A stretch of 64,000 nt of DNA from assembly GCA_030867685.1 (NCBI GenBank), contig JAQOWU010000008.1, positions 1,364,001 to 1,428,000 on the forward strand. Reading direction: 5' to 3'. The position numbers were made by a program, and so were the translations under genes. The notes below the pieces were generated by a model that worked only from the letters and a program-made list of their open reading frames with translations, did no database searches and was not told the DNA's origin. The DNA comes from Wickerhamiella versatilis (taxonomy: Eukaryota). Numbering within the stretch: position 1 is the stretch's first letter; each line of letters opens with the position of its first letter. Positions 53,254 to 63,389 of this stretch are shown here, piece by piece.

Positions 53254-53568
53254 TTACTTAGTGCCGAAACCGTAGAGAGTGCGGCCGTTACGCTTAAGAG
53301 CGTAGACGACATCCAGCACAGTGACGGTCTTTCTCTTGGCATACTCAGTGTAGGTGTAAGCATCACGAATGACCTTGTGAAGGAAGCCACGCAGGACAAT
53401 ACGGGTGTGCTCATAAATCAAAGCAGAGATACGCTTGACACCACCACGACGGGCGAGACGGCGAATAGCCGGCTTGGTTACACCTTGAATGTTATCACGC
53501 AAGACCTTGCGGTGACGCTTAGCGCCTCCCTTTCCGAGTCCTTTGCCTCCCTTTCCGCGACCAGACAT
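53254..53568 (-). CDS. Histone H4, divergent (candidate variant)
   Basis: [20 protein letters not shown] tail and H4 fold, with many non-canonical substitutions and a GTK C-terminus. Confidence 0.95.
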
Positions 53569-54321
53569 TTGATTATTATGTACTGACTTCTATGGGAACC
53601 TCCCATCTAATATACCTCCCATTCTGGTGAGAGGCATCACCTGATGACTAACAGCGTGATGCGCTTCTGATCATCCCTATGCGTACCTACCAGAACGCAC
53701 TTGTCATCATGATGGTGATTGATGTCCATGATGATGATGAACTCGAAGGTCAGAGGTGGAGAAAAAATATCTCGAGCTCAGAGTATTACTACTTGTTGAT
53801 ATTATATGATTCTTACTTATGGTAGCCAGAATTAAATATATTATGATGTGATATTCAGTTGAAAAAAATAATTAATCCAACTTACGGTCAAAGTTATAAA
53901 TCTTATCGGTTATTTATAGTGCTTAGCTTGATCGAGAGAAAAAATCAACTTAACAGACGTAAGCTACCATAGCCCACTAGCAACCCATGAGCAACCATTG
54001 TCATCATGAGTTCAGAGAACTGTGAAGTAAGCTGCACCAACTTATGATACGCACTGAACATCAGTTTTAGGGAAAAAAATTTCTGGCCATAGTAATGGAC
54101 CACACGAACAACGCATAAGTGATTAATTTGAAAACGAGTGAAGGGAAAAAGAAGCAGTTAATAGACAATTGAGGTCTCATCTTATGAAAAAACTGATGGC
54201 TGCCCGGACATGGCATGGCATCATAGTGTATGTAGCATAGTATAGTGTAGTATTAAGTAGTTGCTTTAATTTTCTTCACCAAATCGTCAAATAGAAGTGG
54301 CTGATAATCATGTACAAATAT

Positions 54322-55455
54322 TTAGGCTATGGTGTTCAACCCACTAAGTGACTTTCGAGCATTTTGTGCCAGCAGCATGTCCAACGACACAATTGCGGCC
54401 ATAGCTTCGACAATTGGGATTGCACGGGGGACAACGTTCGGATCGTGTCTACCGCGAGCAGCTAATACACCGGGCTTTCCTTGAAGATTAGCCGTTGCCT
54501 GTTCCTTGCCGATGGTCGCCGGTGGTTTGAAAGCAACATTGAAGTATACGTTCTCACCATTCGTGATACCACCTTGAATACCACCACTGAGGTTCGTCTT
54601 AGTGTGGAGCTTACCATTTTCACCCTTGACAAACATATCGTTGTGTTGGGATCCACGCAACTCTGTTCCCAAGAAGCCAGATCCTATTTCGAATCCCTTT
54701 GATGCAGGGATCGAAAGCATTGCGTGGGCTAGTACAGCTTCGAACTTATCAAAAACAGGCTCACCAAGACCACTTGGCAATCCACGGATCACACATGTAA
54801 CCACTCCGCCGATCGAGTCCTTTGCGTCGCGCGCTTTTTCAACCTGCTCGATCATCTGCTGGGCCTTAACTGGGTCTGGGCATCTAATGGGACCTGCTTC
54901 ATCAACAGATTCACGTGTGATGCTTTGAAGAAGGCTGGTATAGGCAGGATCCTTGACGTCTTGTGCGATATGAACAGGCCCAACCCCACTAACAAAGGCC
55001 ACTATTTCAATACCGCAGCTCAGCTTCAAGACTTTCTCTGCGATAGCGCCAGCAGCCACACGCCCGATAGTTTCTCTGGCTGAGGATCTTCCCCCTCCAG
55101 ACGCAGCCTTGACACCATATTTCTCGAGATAGGTGTAATCAGCGTGAGACGGACGAGGATAGGTGTCAGTCTCAGTGTAGTCTTTCGGTCTTTGGTCCTT
55201 GTTCATCACAACCAGCCCTATAGGTGTTCCAAGGGTACGACCAAACTCGAGCCCACTTTGAATAAGAACTTGGTCTGCTTCGTTTCGTGGTGTACTCAAT
55301 TTACTTTGACCCGGACGGCGCCTAGAAAGTTGCGGTTGAATGTCCTCCTCAGAAAGTTCCATTCCAGGAGGGACACCGTCAATAATGCATCCCACGGAGC
55401 GGCAATGAGACTCACCATAGGTCGTTACTTTGAAATGCGTTCCGAATGTGGACAT
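54322..55455 (-). CDS. ARO2: Chorismate synthase
   Basis: [31 protein letters not shown] and GRHDP.V.PRA.PIVEAM. Confidence 0.97.
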   Translation of the reverse strand: MSTFGTHFKVTTYGESHCRSVGCIIDGVPPGMELSEEDIQPQLSRRRPGQSKLSTPRNEADQVLIQSGLEFGRTLGTPIGLVVMNKDQRPKDYTETDTYPRPSHADYTYLEKYGVKAASGGGRSSARETIGRVAAGAIAEKVLKLSCGIEIVAFVSGVGPVHIAQDVKDPAYTSLLQSITRESVDEAGPIRCPDPVKAQQMIEQVEKARDAKDSIGGVVTCVIRGLPSGLGEPVFDKFEAVLAHAMLSIPASKGFEIGSGFLGTELRGSQHNDMFVKGENGKLHTKTNLSGGIQGGITNGENVYFNVAFKPPATIGKEQATANLQGKPGVLAARGRHDPNVVPRAIPIVEAMAAIVSLDMLLAQNARKSLSGLNTIA

Positions 55456-55465
55456 AATAACGAGA

Positions 55466-55480
55466 TGAGTAATGAGTCAT
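55466..55480. promoter_or_regulatory. Gcn4 binding site(s) upstream of ARO2
   Basis: Perfect ATGAGTCAT at 55472-55480, overlapping TGAGTAA at 55466, 16 bp upstream of the ARO2 ATG. Confidence 0.7.
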
Positions 55481-55722
55481 AGAATAGTGACTATGTATAA
55501 GGGACCTGGCTGTGTAAGAAAAAAAAGAATTTGCTTAAATATACCTTGGTATATATACCTTCGTATTGATTGTATGACACCTGTTGATAATGACAGGCAC
55601 AATTCGATTTTTTATTCTTTGTTTTAATAAGGTCACATAAATTTTCATAACTAAACTGCCTCTAAAAGCCCACATCCATATCTGCGTTCAAAAATAACAA
55701 AGGTATAGTATTAAATAAAATT

Positions 55723-57693
55723 TCAGCCATCTCCCGCACGCAAAAATTTCCTTCCCTTGGCAAAAAAGCCCCGTGATTTCTCTCCTACCCGGCCGAAAGT
55801 TCCCTTTGTCCGGGTATGTCCTATCGCTGATGAGACGGCGGTAGAAACCTGTTTTCCAACATTTTGTTTCGCTTCTTGAGTGTGCGGGGGTTTACCGTTG
55901 GCATAAACAGAAGTCCCAGGATCGACAGAAGCATAGGTATTTTGAATCCAGGTATCGAGACCCGATGAGTACTCTGCCTCGCGGATCCTTAATGCTCGAA
56001 GTTGTTGGTAGCGTGATTCACTCCCGCCCGAGCTCAACAATGCAGTGAAGTCAACTTGAGGAGGGCGTCTCACTTTCTGCTGAATGGGTTGAGAGGATGA
56101 ACCTGGGAATCCGTTCTGAGTTCTCGAGGGCTCATTATTTACGGCATTTCTATCCTCGGAGATACCAGCGCTAACCCCTGAATTCTTTGATATATCAGAT
56201 TGTATTGCCGACAATTCCGAGGAATCTGAGACCTTATGGTCGTGGCTCACGTCTGGAGACGAGTTTGTATCTGTTGTCAAATGTTGGCTCGACGATTGTT
56301 TTTCTATATCTGAATCTTGCTCGAGTGGCGGCGAAGCCATATTACTCGTATCAATCTCCCTTGAATGTGAGGTTGTATGATCCAATTGCTCTCGGCTCAT
56401 GGAGGAGCTACGCATGCTATTGTTGTCCTCAGAGTCGGAAGCTGCTTCGTGCTCTCTATCATCCTCCGATATGCCACCCATATTGGAGTGGGCGTCACTT
56501 TGCGCTGGTGCTTGAACAGGTTCGGGACGATAGCGAGGAGCCACTGGCCCAGTGACGGTATCGCTCCGCTCGATCTCGGGAAGAGTTTCTTGGATTTGTG
56601 GCGATGATGACGATGCAGCAGCATGGGGGGTGGCTGATCTTGGCGTTTGTGCCTCATCATCACTAGTTTTGTCTACCCCAGCATCCGGGCCAGCACGTCC
56701 GCGCCCCTCCTCTTGCTGGTGTTGGTCTTGTGCCGGCAGCGGTGGTGGTTGCGAGTTCTCAGGGTGGTCCTGATTATTATTCGGTATCAGAATATTCCGA
56801 ATGCTGTTATCACTCATTTCCTGGCGCATTTGCAATGGTTCTACTGGTTGATACACTGATATTGGCCGATTCAATATCTCTGAGGTGTCCTGATAGAGGG
56901 CTACCACCTCAGGATCTATTTGGGTTGAGTCCGTACTCGACTTCGGGGTGTGGTTCGGCGTGAAACTTTGCATTATCTCCGATTCCAACCTCTCCTGTTC
57001 AATGTTCTCAGCGTCCAGAGATTGGGCATCTTCCTCACGCTCAGGGTGCTCAGGTACCTGATCGAGCTCCGACTGATACTCCGCAGAACTACGAGGATTA
57101 GATTCCGGCTCAAACCGGTGTACAGGAGGGTCCATGGTGGAAGATGCAACACTTCGGCGCCCAGTAGACAGGGAGGCCGTTGAATCGCTGAAGTCAGCTG
57201 GACTATCTGAGATTAAGGAGGCATAAGGATGATTCGTTTCATGCTCTGATGTGCCAGAAACATCCACAGGTTGACTTTCATAATATCCATATATGAAGTC
57301 AGTAGTATTGCGTCTTGGATCGACCTCCGCATCAGAGGAACTTGTTGAGTCGTCCACATCTCCTATGTCAACTGTATCCCCCAGCTCTTCCTCTCCACTT
57401 TCGGATGAAGACTCATCTAGGACCCCCTGCGGACCAGCCTGGGCATCATCATGGGCAGCGTCATCCGCATGGGCACCGGCGTGGACATCGCCGTGCACAT
57501 CATCGTGCACATCGACATCGACACCCCCATGGCCCTGAGAAGACGCTGACGCCACAGATTCTTCATCCTCCTCCTCTTCATCAAAGTCATCGCCCCAACC
57601 AGACCCATCGTATGCGGTGGATGCTGGCGCAGCCCACCTTTTAGATTCTTTCCGTCCCACTACAGGGGTGTAGTGCTTGAATTGGTTGGCCAT
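55723..57693 (-). CDS. FYV8: Fyv8-like acidic low-complexity protein
   Basis: N-terminal VGRKESKRW....AYDGSGW motif characteristic of Fyv8, followed by a disordered acidic body. Confidence 0.65.
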   Translation of the reverse strand: MANQFKHYTPVVGRKESKRWAAPASTAYDGSGWGDDFDEEEEDEESVASASSQGHGGVDVDVHDDVHGDVHAGAHADDAAHDDAQAGPQGVLDESSSESGEEELGDTVDIGDVDDSTSSSDAEVDPRRNTTDFIYGYYESQPVDVSGTSEHETNHPYASLISDSPADFSDSTASLSTGRRSVASSTMDPPVHRFEPESNPRSSAEYQSELDQVPEHPEREEDAQSLDAENIEQERLESEIMQSFTPNHTPKSSTDSTQIDPEVVALYQDTSEILNRPISVYQPVEPLQMRQEMSDNSIRNILIPNNNQDHPENSQPPPLPAQDQHQQEEGRGRAGPDAGVDKTSDDEAQTPRSATPHAAASSSSPQIQETLPEIERSDTVTGPVAPRYRPEPVQAPAQSDAHSNMGGISEDDREHEAASDSEDNNSMRSSSMSREQLDHTTSHSREIDTSNMASPPLEQDSDIEKQSSSQHLTTDTNSSPDVSHDHKVSDSSELSAIQSDISKNSGVSAGISEDRNAVNNEPSRTQNGFPGSSSQPIQQKVRRPPQVDFTALLSSGGSESRYQQLRALRIREAEYSSGLDTWIQNTYASVDPGTSVYANGKPPHTQEAKQNVGKQVSTAVSSAIGHTRTKGTFGRVGEKSRGFFAKGRKFLRAGDG

Positions 57694-57777
57694 CAAGCCT
57701 GAAAAACCACGCTAAGGTATCGTCTTACTGAGGATGATGACACTGCCTCTCACTCCCCTTAGAAACGGTGACTCCGC

Positions 57778-57799
57778 ACGCGTCACGTAATCACGTGAC
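57778..57799. promoter_or_regulatory. MCB-like ACGCGT plus Cbf1-type TCACGTGAC cluster
   Basis: ACGCGT at 57778-57783, TCACGTAA, then TCACGTGAC at 57791-57799. A further ATCACGTGAT lies at 58365-58374 in the same divergent spacer. Confidence 0.45.
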
Positions 57800-58561
57800 A
57801 ATTTGTTTTATGTGAAACGTTGGTGTGGAGCAGCGAAGTTGGCCATCCCAGGATTTTCCTGGCCTTGTCAGGAACGCTGAATGAAACCTAACACGTTTTT
57901 TTTATATATCCGGTTTATTTTGGGGCACAGTTTGGTTCGTTCACATTAAAGTTTTTAGTATATACATATGCCATCCAGCTGGCCAGCTGTTAACCTGGGT
58001 CATCGATTACCCCACTAATAAAGGGATTTGTGATGCCTTGTGTTGCTACCTCGAGGGAAATCAGGCCAGTAGCGCGGATATACCGAATTCTGCACTTGGC
58101 AATTTACCATATTATAAGTGAAGTTTAGAGTCAGCTCTTACCCAGCCACCCCCTTTCATATTGAAAGCGAATGTCTCTCTTACCTATACGAGATGCATCC
58201 AGACGACTAATACTATTTGCCGGGAATTTTATTACAGCAGCAGAATCGGCCCCTTCTCATCATCTATGACGCAGATTACAACTAAAACCATCTTATCTGA
58301 CAAACCCAATAAGTAGAGAGGAAGGTGGTAAATACAAGAATCTGTGCTGATCCGGCCGGAACATATCACGTGATAGTATATTTATAGTATTTAGATCTCA
58401 AACTTTAAAATGTGTAAATACGAAATTGCCCGCAGTGCCTTTTCCGCTCATACTGCTACATATCAAATCGCGTAGGTAAGTGGACAGAATATGGAAATGT
58501 TGATTAGGTAACATCTTTCCCGACAAAAACAAAACAGACGGGATAGGTTGTGTGAAGAAAC

Positions 58562-59551
58562 ATGGAGTCACAATGTGGGTCAGAGCTATCGGTAACCCCA
58601 CCTAGCACCCCACTTACTCCGTGGACACCATCATTCGATGCTAAGACATTCCCAACCATAACCTTGGGCGTAGGTACGAGGATACCGAGTCCTCCGGCGT
58701 CTGACCCAGGCTCTGAGACCCGTCTATTCGCATACGAACGAAGCGATTCCGCGCTAAACAAACCTAGATCTGAGGCAGCGCCATTGCAGCAGACACAAAG
58801 ACGCCAGCTTCGACATAAGAGATCCCACTCGCACTGTCCAAGAGGTCTGGGCATATCGAATGAACTACTCCCTTTACATGACATTAATGATAGTCCATTG
58901 AGAGCAGTCTCGCCAAGTCATCGCCCGCACAGATCAGTCATTAATGCCCCCATTTCGTCCGCCAGCTCCGACAGGCTGGGGAAACTCGCACCCCTACCGA
59001 AGATAGCAGACTTTTCTGGTGTACCCCAGCAAGATGACTTCGATATTCAAGATATACTTGTCATTCTGGCATACAAAGAAAGGCAAGTTTTGGAGGCACG
59101 GCACACGTTACTTGACGCACAGTCAGAGCTGGAAGAACTCCGAACCCGTATATACAGTATGCTGGGGCCTAAGCATGAAACCACCGTCTTCTCCAACAAA
59201 GTACAAATTATTACCCGACATTCACAACCTAATATAGGTGTCAACTCACTCGCATACAAGCCGTGGTCACCGCCTACGCCTGAATCGCATAATGGTAACT
59301 TTGACTGGGAAGTCGATAGTGAGGTTCCATCGTCATCAACCAATGACACACAGCACTCAGAAGAACATAAAGACAATACCAAACCATCCGCCTCTGTCAG
59401 GCTCATTCATTGTCTTCTGGGAATAGTTCATTGTATCATCTCAACCCTTCCTACGTACCAGGCGAAGCCTCGTGCACAGTCTATGATGCGTTTGGAGTAC
59501 CCATCACCTATGGCCACGCTATATGGATTCGAGTTTTCGCTGGAGCTTTGA
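58562..59551 (+). CDS. Tda11/DUF4048-like protein
   Basis: LAYKERQVLEAR..L..AQSELEELR coiled-coil motif within Ser/Pro-rich sequence. Confidence 0.6.
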   Translation: MESQCGSELSVTPPSTPLTPWTPSFDAKTFPTITLGVGTRIPSPPASDPGSETRLFAYERSDSALNKPRSEAAPLQQTQRRQLRHKRSHSHCPRGLGISNELLPLHDINDSPLRAVSPSHRPHRSVINAPISSASSDRLGKLAPLPKIADFSGVPQQDDFDIQDILVILAYKERQVLEARHTLLDAQSELEELRTRIYSMLGPKHETTVFSNKVQIITRHSQPNIGVNSLAYKPWSPPTPESHNGNFDWEVDSEVPSSSTNDTQHSEEHKDNTKPSASVRLIHCLLGIVHCIISTLPTYQAKPRAQSMMRLEYPSPMATLYGFEFSLEL

Positions 59552-59893
59552 TAATGTGTTTTTATTTATAATTTTTTTACTGTGACATGCCGCACGTAAA
59601 AGCAAATCTAATTAACCTAGACGTTTATTTTTAAACTCCTTGGGTGTATAATTAAATATAGCCTAACTGAAACTAAGCCGATTAAATGGAGATGTCGTAT
59701 GTGGGGAGAGGAGTGAATTGGTATGCATACATGTGTACATCTATGGAAACACGACAAAAGTGAGTATAATTAGAGGAGTCTTTGCACATATCAATATATA
59801 TTCTGGATATATAATGGGAGTCGACGGGGGGAGAAGGGGGGGCGAAATTTGCCTTTCTAGCGTCGAAATAAATAGTAGAAACCGTGTCATCCC

Positions 59894-60205
59894 TCATTTC
59901 AAAACGACATTAGCATTGCGCAATTTTAAATATTCTTGCTCAACGCCAGGAGGCAAGGACTGCACAATATCAAACGTCTCCTTATTGTGAAATCTCATAC
60001 CTGTAGCAGTCCGATACGGGGCCGATAGTCCTGTGATATCACACCAGTGCTTCACTGGTGTTAGAGGCGGCGGAGCATCAATATTAAGATAAGTTGGGTC
60101 CCCCATTTTCACTTCTGCCGTTCGTCGCTGCTCTTCAGCCAGCACTGTTTTCAAATTTCGAGACTTGCGTGGCAGCTTGTAGCCGGTCTTGAAGGAATAC
60201 GCCAT
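59894..60205 (-). CDS. IES6: INO80 complex subunit Ies6 (YL1-C)
   Basis: TYLNIDAPP...P.KHWCDITGL.APY....GMRFH and QEYLKLRNANVVLK. Confidence 0.93.
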   Translation of the reverse strand: MAYSFKTGYKLPRKSRNLKTVLAEEQRRTAEVKMGDPTYLNIDAPPPLTPVKHWCDITGLSAPYRTATGMRFHNKETFDIVQSLPPGVEQEYLKLRNANVVLK

Positions 60206-60414
60206 GGTACTTTGTATTACTAATTCACATTGTAGGCCAGAGAAAACAAGAAGCCAATGCAGTTGCTAGCCGCAATTTCTAGTGCGAAATGAACAATAAA
60301 GATGATTTTTCAAACCCAAATTGAAACTAGCGTAAGTATATATACATAGAGTTTTAAATCATTCTACCCTTAACGAATAGATAGATAATTAGGCTAAAAA
60401 GCCCAACCAAAGAA

Positions 60415-61782
60415 TTATAAAGTGCTGGCCTGATGCATCAAAATTTGCTTCAACGTCTCGCTGTTCTGCACACCGGCAGCACCAAGAGACCGCAATTGAA
60501 CCACTGGCCAGGACTTGCAGCTATACAGCTTATGGATCTTGTCAAAAACACCCAGCTTTAGGTGATTCGGAAGATATGCTGCCTTCCAATAAGGTTCAAG
60601 CGCAAGAGGCTCCCCTATATCGACTCCTCGGTCACAGGCTAAGGACAGTGCGTCTACCAAGTGCTCAACGTCGCATTGGCCCATATTTAATCCCTGTCCC
60701 GCTAGCGGGTGCGTCGTGTGGGCTGCATCACCAACAAGAGCAATGCGATCTGACACATAGCTGTCCGCATGCCTCAAGCGTAAGGGAAACGAAGCCATAC
60801 TATTAGGCTGCAATTCTGCAATTGGGACTGGTAGATCATCACTATCAAGACTTTCAGGAGGCATTCGCCAATCCAGCTCTGTCATAATTGCTGCAGAGTC
60901 CTGGGGGTCAATATTGTCGAATATATAATCCAAGTCTACATTCTCAAGCCGAAACCCTGCATTCACCATTGCCACTGCTGTTTCCGGTGCGGCAGCTTTA
61001 AGCCAGGATGCGCGTGCGGGATACGTACTCCATACCATACTTGCATGACCATCTGGTAAAGGAAGTAATGCAAGAGGACCAGATGGCAGCATTCTTTGAT
61101 ATGCACAGGTCTTGAAGTTATCATACTCAAGCTTAAGAGTAGCCACGACGCCTGCCCTATTATAGTCCCATCCTCTTGACTCGATTCCAGCAAACTTACG
61201 TACAGGAGAGTTCGGGCCATCAGCACCTACCAGTAAGCGTGTCTTAATCTGGATTCCGTCCTCCAGGTTCAACAAGGGCCACCCATTATCTGCCCTGGAA
61301 ATCCCAGTGACCTTCCTTGAGTCAAAAATCTGATCTTCCGATAGCATTGCATAGCAGGCCTGCTGAATATTCTTGTTTTCGATCATAGTCGCGATTGCAA
61401 CGGAATCTTCCGAATTCCAGCTATCAAAATCTACGTCTACGCCAGTCAGACCGTCCCATACTCTCATTTCATCATAGGCCACAGTCCGCTCCAAAACAAC
61501 GTTATCCCATACACCAATGCGTTTTAAGTATCCAACTGTTCGAGGCGTAAGACTAACAACGCGATTTTCATATGTATCCAAATCCTTTTTGCTTTCAACC
61601 CATCTTGAAAGATTTCCTAGAGGCTGTGACTCTAAAACAGAGACGCTCAAGTGGTTTGTTTCCGGACGATGCCTAAGGGCAGCAGCCAGTGAGAGTCCTG
61701 CAGGGCCACCACCAAGAATTGTGACATCAGCGGTATGGATTGAGCGTCGCAAGTAAGTCAATCCACGGAAGGCTCGTCTCAT
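60415..61782 (-). CDS. COQ6: Ubiquinone biosynthesis monooxygenase
   Basis: GGGPAGL, NRVVSLTP, LLVGADG.NSPVR and ALVGDAAHTTHPLAGQGLNMG. Confidence 0.95.
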   Translation of the reverse strand: MRRAFRGLTYLRRSIHTADVTILGGGPAGLSLAAALRHRPETNHLSVSVLESQPLGNLSRWVESKKDLDTYENRVVSLTPRTVGYLKRIGVWDNVVLERTVAYDEMRVWDGLTGVDVDFDSWNSEDSVAIATMIENKNIQQACYAMLSEDQIFDSRKVTGISRADNGWPLLNLEDGIQIKTRLLVGADGPNSPVRKFAGIESRGWDYNRAGVVATLKLEYDNFKTCAYQRMLPSGPLALLPLPDGHASMVWSTYPARASWLKAAAPETAVAMVNAGFRLENVDLDYIFDNIDPQDSAAIMTELDWRMPPESLDSDDLPVPIAELQPNSMASFPLRLRHADSYVSDRIALVGDAAHTTHPLAGQGLNMGQCDVEHLVDALSLACDRGVDIGEPLALEPYWKAAYLPNHLKLGVFDKIHKLYSCKSWPVVQLRSLGAAGVQNSETLKQILMHQASTL

Positions 61783-62000
61783 GCTCGTGACTAACCATGT
61801 CAGCCCAACCGATTTAAACACGCATAGCTCGTTAGATTACCTTGTGCTAATGAGCATATTGAAGTGGATGGATCGCGAATATCTTTTTTGTTCATGTCAA
61901 CATAGGCCACAGACATATTTTGTAATTGAGTACGTATATGCTTTCTAGGACCCGGATAATTGCCTGCTTCCGTGTTATATAATCTCTTCATAAAACAAGC

Positions 62001-63347
62001 ATGGGGGCGGTACTCTCTGTGCCGTTGATTCCAATCCAAATGGGTGCCAGTGCAGTTTCGAGCTGCATTGGGGCTGGAATTTCCAGCTGCATATGTAGTG
62101 GTCTAGGTACAACCTTCACTTCAAGTATAGCCGCCCGATTGCTGTACGCGATAATTTTCATTATCAACAGTCTGATATCTTGGATATCCCTGAGCTCATG
62201 GGCAATTGGAAAACTAGATCTTCTTAAATATGCATGTGGAAGTGATAATTGTACTGGATTCACCGCTGTCCATCGTATCAATGCTGGATTGGGATTCCTA
62301 CATCTAGCGCTAGCTGGCATTTTATTAGCCCTCCCGGCAGCTACAAGACCATCCCAAAGACATTCAATACAAAATGGCTGGTGGCGTGCCAAAATCGTTT
62401 TTTGGATGTCCGCAGTCGTGCTCGGTTTCTTCATTCCCCCAGGAGCCTGGGTGGTGTGGGGAAATTATTTCTCACCGGCATTCTCTTTTATCTTTATCTT
62501 TATTGGTCTGGTATTATTGATCGATTGTGCGTATAGTTGGGCTGAGACGTGTATCGAAAATGTGGAGACAGCTGACGACACCAATACAGTTCGGACCTGG
62601 CAGAGTATCCTCATCAGTTCCACTCTAGGACTTTACATTGTTGCACTAGTACTCACCGGTGTCATGTGCTGGTTTTTTGCGAATACAGGCTGTTCGATGA
62701 ATCAAGCTGCTATCACGATCAATGTTGTTTTGGCAATCATCATATCAGTCATTAGTGTGCATCCCACGGTTCAGGATTATAATCCAAGAGCAGGCCTTGC
62801 CCAAAGTGCTATGGTAACGGCATACTGTACCTATCTCACGATGTCAGCAGTTGCCAGCGAGCCAGACGATCGTAATTGCAACCCACTTGTGAGATCAAAG
62901 GGTACGAGAAAACTATCTATAATTCTTGGTGCAATTTTCACTTTCCTGGCCATTGCATACACCACCACCCGAGCTGCTTCTTCTTCTTCTTCCGGTGAGT
63001 ATGCCTTGCCGGAAGACGAAGACCAGAACATCAGGCGTCGGGCATTGGAAGAAGCTGTACAGGAAGGAACTCTTCCTGCCTCTGCATTAGAAATGCAGGA
63101 ATACGAGGATGACAGTCAAGAGAATGATTCGTATAATTATGTCCTATTCCATCTGGTTTTCTTCTTGGCCACCCAATATACGGCAACGTTGCTCACCATG
63201 AACGTGGAAAAGGATCTCAATGATCACTTCATCCCTGTGGGGCGCACGTATTTCTCAACCTGGCTTAAGATTGTTTCCAGCTGGTTGTGCTATATGCTCT
63301 ATGCTTGGTCGTTGGCTGCACCTTGCTTGATGCCAGACAGATTCTAA
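62001..63347 (+). CDS. TMS1: Serinc/TMS membrane protein
   Basis: MGAVLS, AVHRINAGLG, IQNGWW.AK, GLAQSAMV.AYCTYLT.SA..SEPDD..CNP and YAWSLAAP..MPDRF. Confidence 0.95.
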   Translation: MGAVLSVPLIPIQMGASAVSSCIGAGISSCICSGLGTTFTSSIAARLLYAIIFIINSLISWISLSSWAIGKLDLLKYACGSDNCTGFTAVHRINAGLGFLHLALAGILLALPAATRPSQRHSIQNGWWRAKIVFWMSAVVLGFFIPPGAWVVWGNYFSPAFSFIFIFIGLVLLIDCAYSWAETCIENVETADDTNTVRTWQSILISSTLGLYIVALVLTGVMCWFFANTGCSMNQAAITINVVLAIIISVISVHPTVQDYNPRAGLAQSAMVTAYCTYLTMSAVASEPDDRNCNPLVRSKGTRKLSIILGAIFTFLAIAYTTTRAASSSSSGEYALPEDEDQNIRRRALEEAVQEGTLPASALEMQEYEDDSQENDSYNYVLFHLVFFLATQYTATLLTMNVEKDLNDHFIPVGRTYFSTWLKIVSSWLCYMLYAWSLAAPCLMPDRF

Positions 63348-63389
63348 ATTATATTTATATGTAACGTGCGTATGCGAATATGTAAGCAG

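Noticed and set aside
53642-53670. TGATGA...CTGA resembling C/D snoRNA boxes
   Set aside because: The boxes are under 30 nt apart, with no terminal stem or recognisable rRNA guide. The TGATG-rich array explains them better.
54210-54254. Degenerate 5-nt periodic sequence (ATGGC/ATAGT) downstream of ARO2
   Set aside because: Short low-complexity sequence in a probable terminator region, with no evidence of function.
53569-54321. Search for a decayed H3 partner upstream of H4 (ATGGCTGCCCGGACA near 54196 reads MAART)
   Set aside because: Similarity to the H3 start MARTKQ ends immediately, and no other H3 peptide was found in this spacer.
3483-61821. N-terminal extensions from TTG/GTG starts in the ORF track (e.g. 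5009, 10338, 16681, 17418, 19324, 37058, 61821)
   Set aside because: The track allows bacterial-style starts. The genes are eukaryotic and homology begins at the downstream ATGs.
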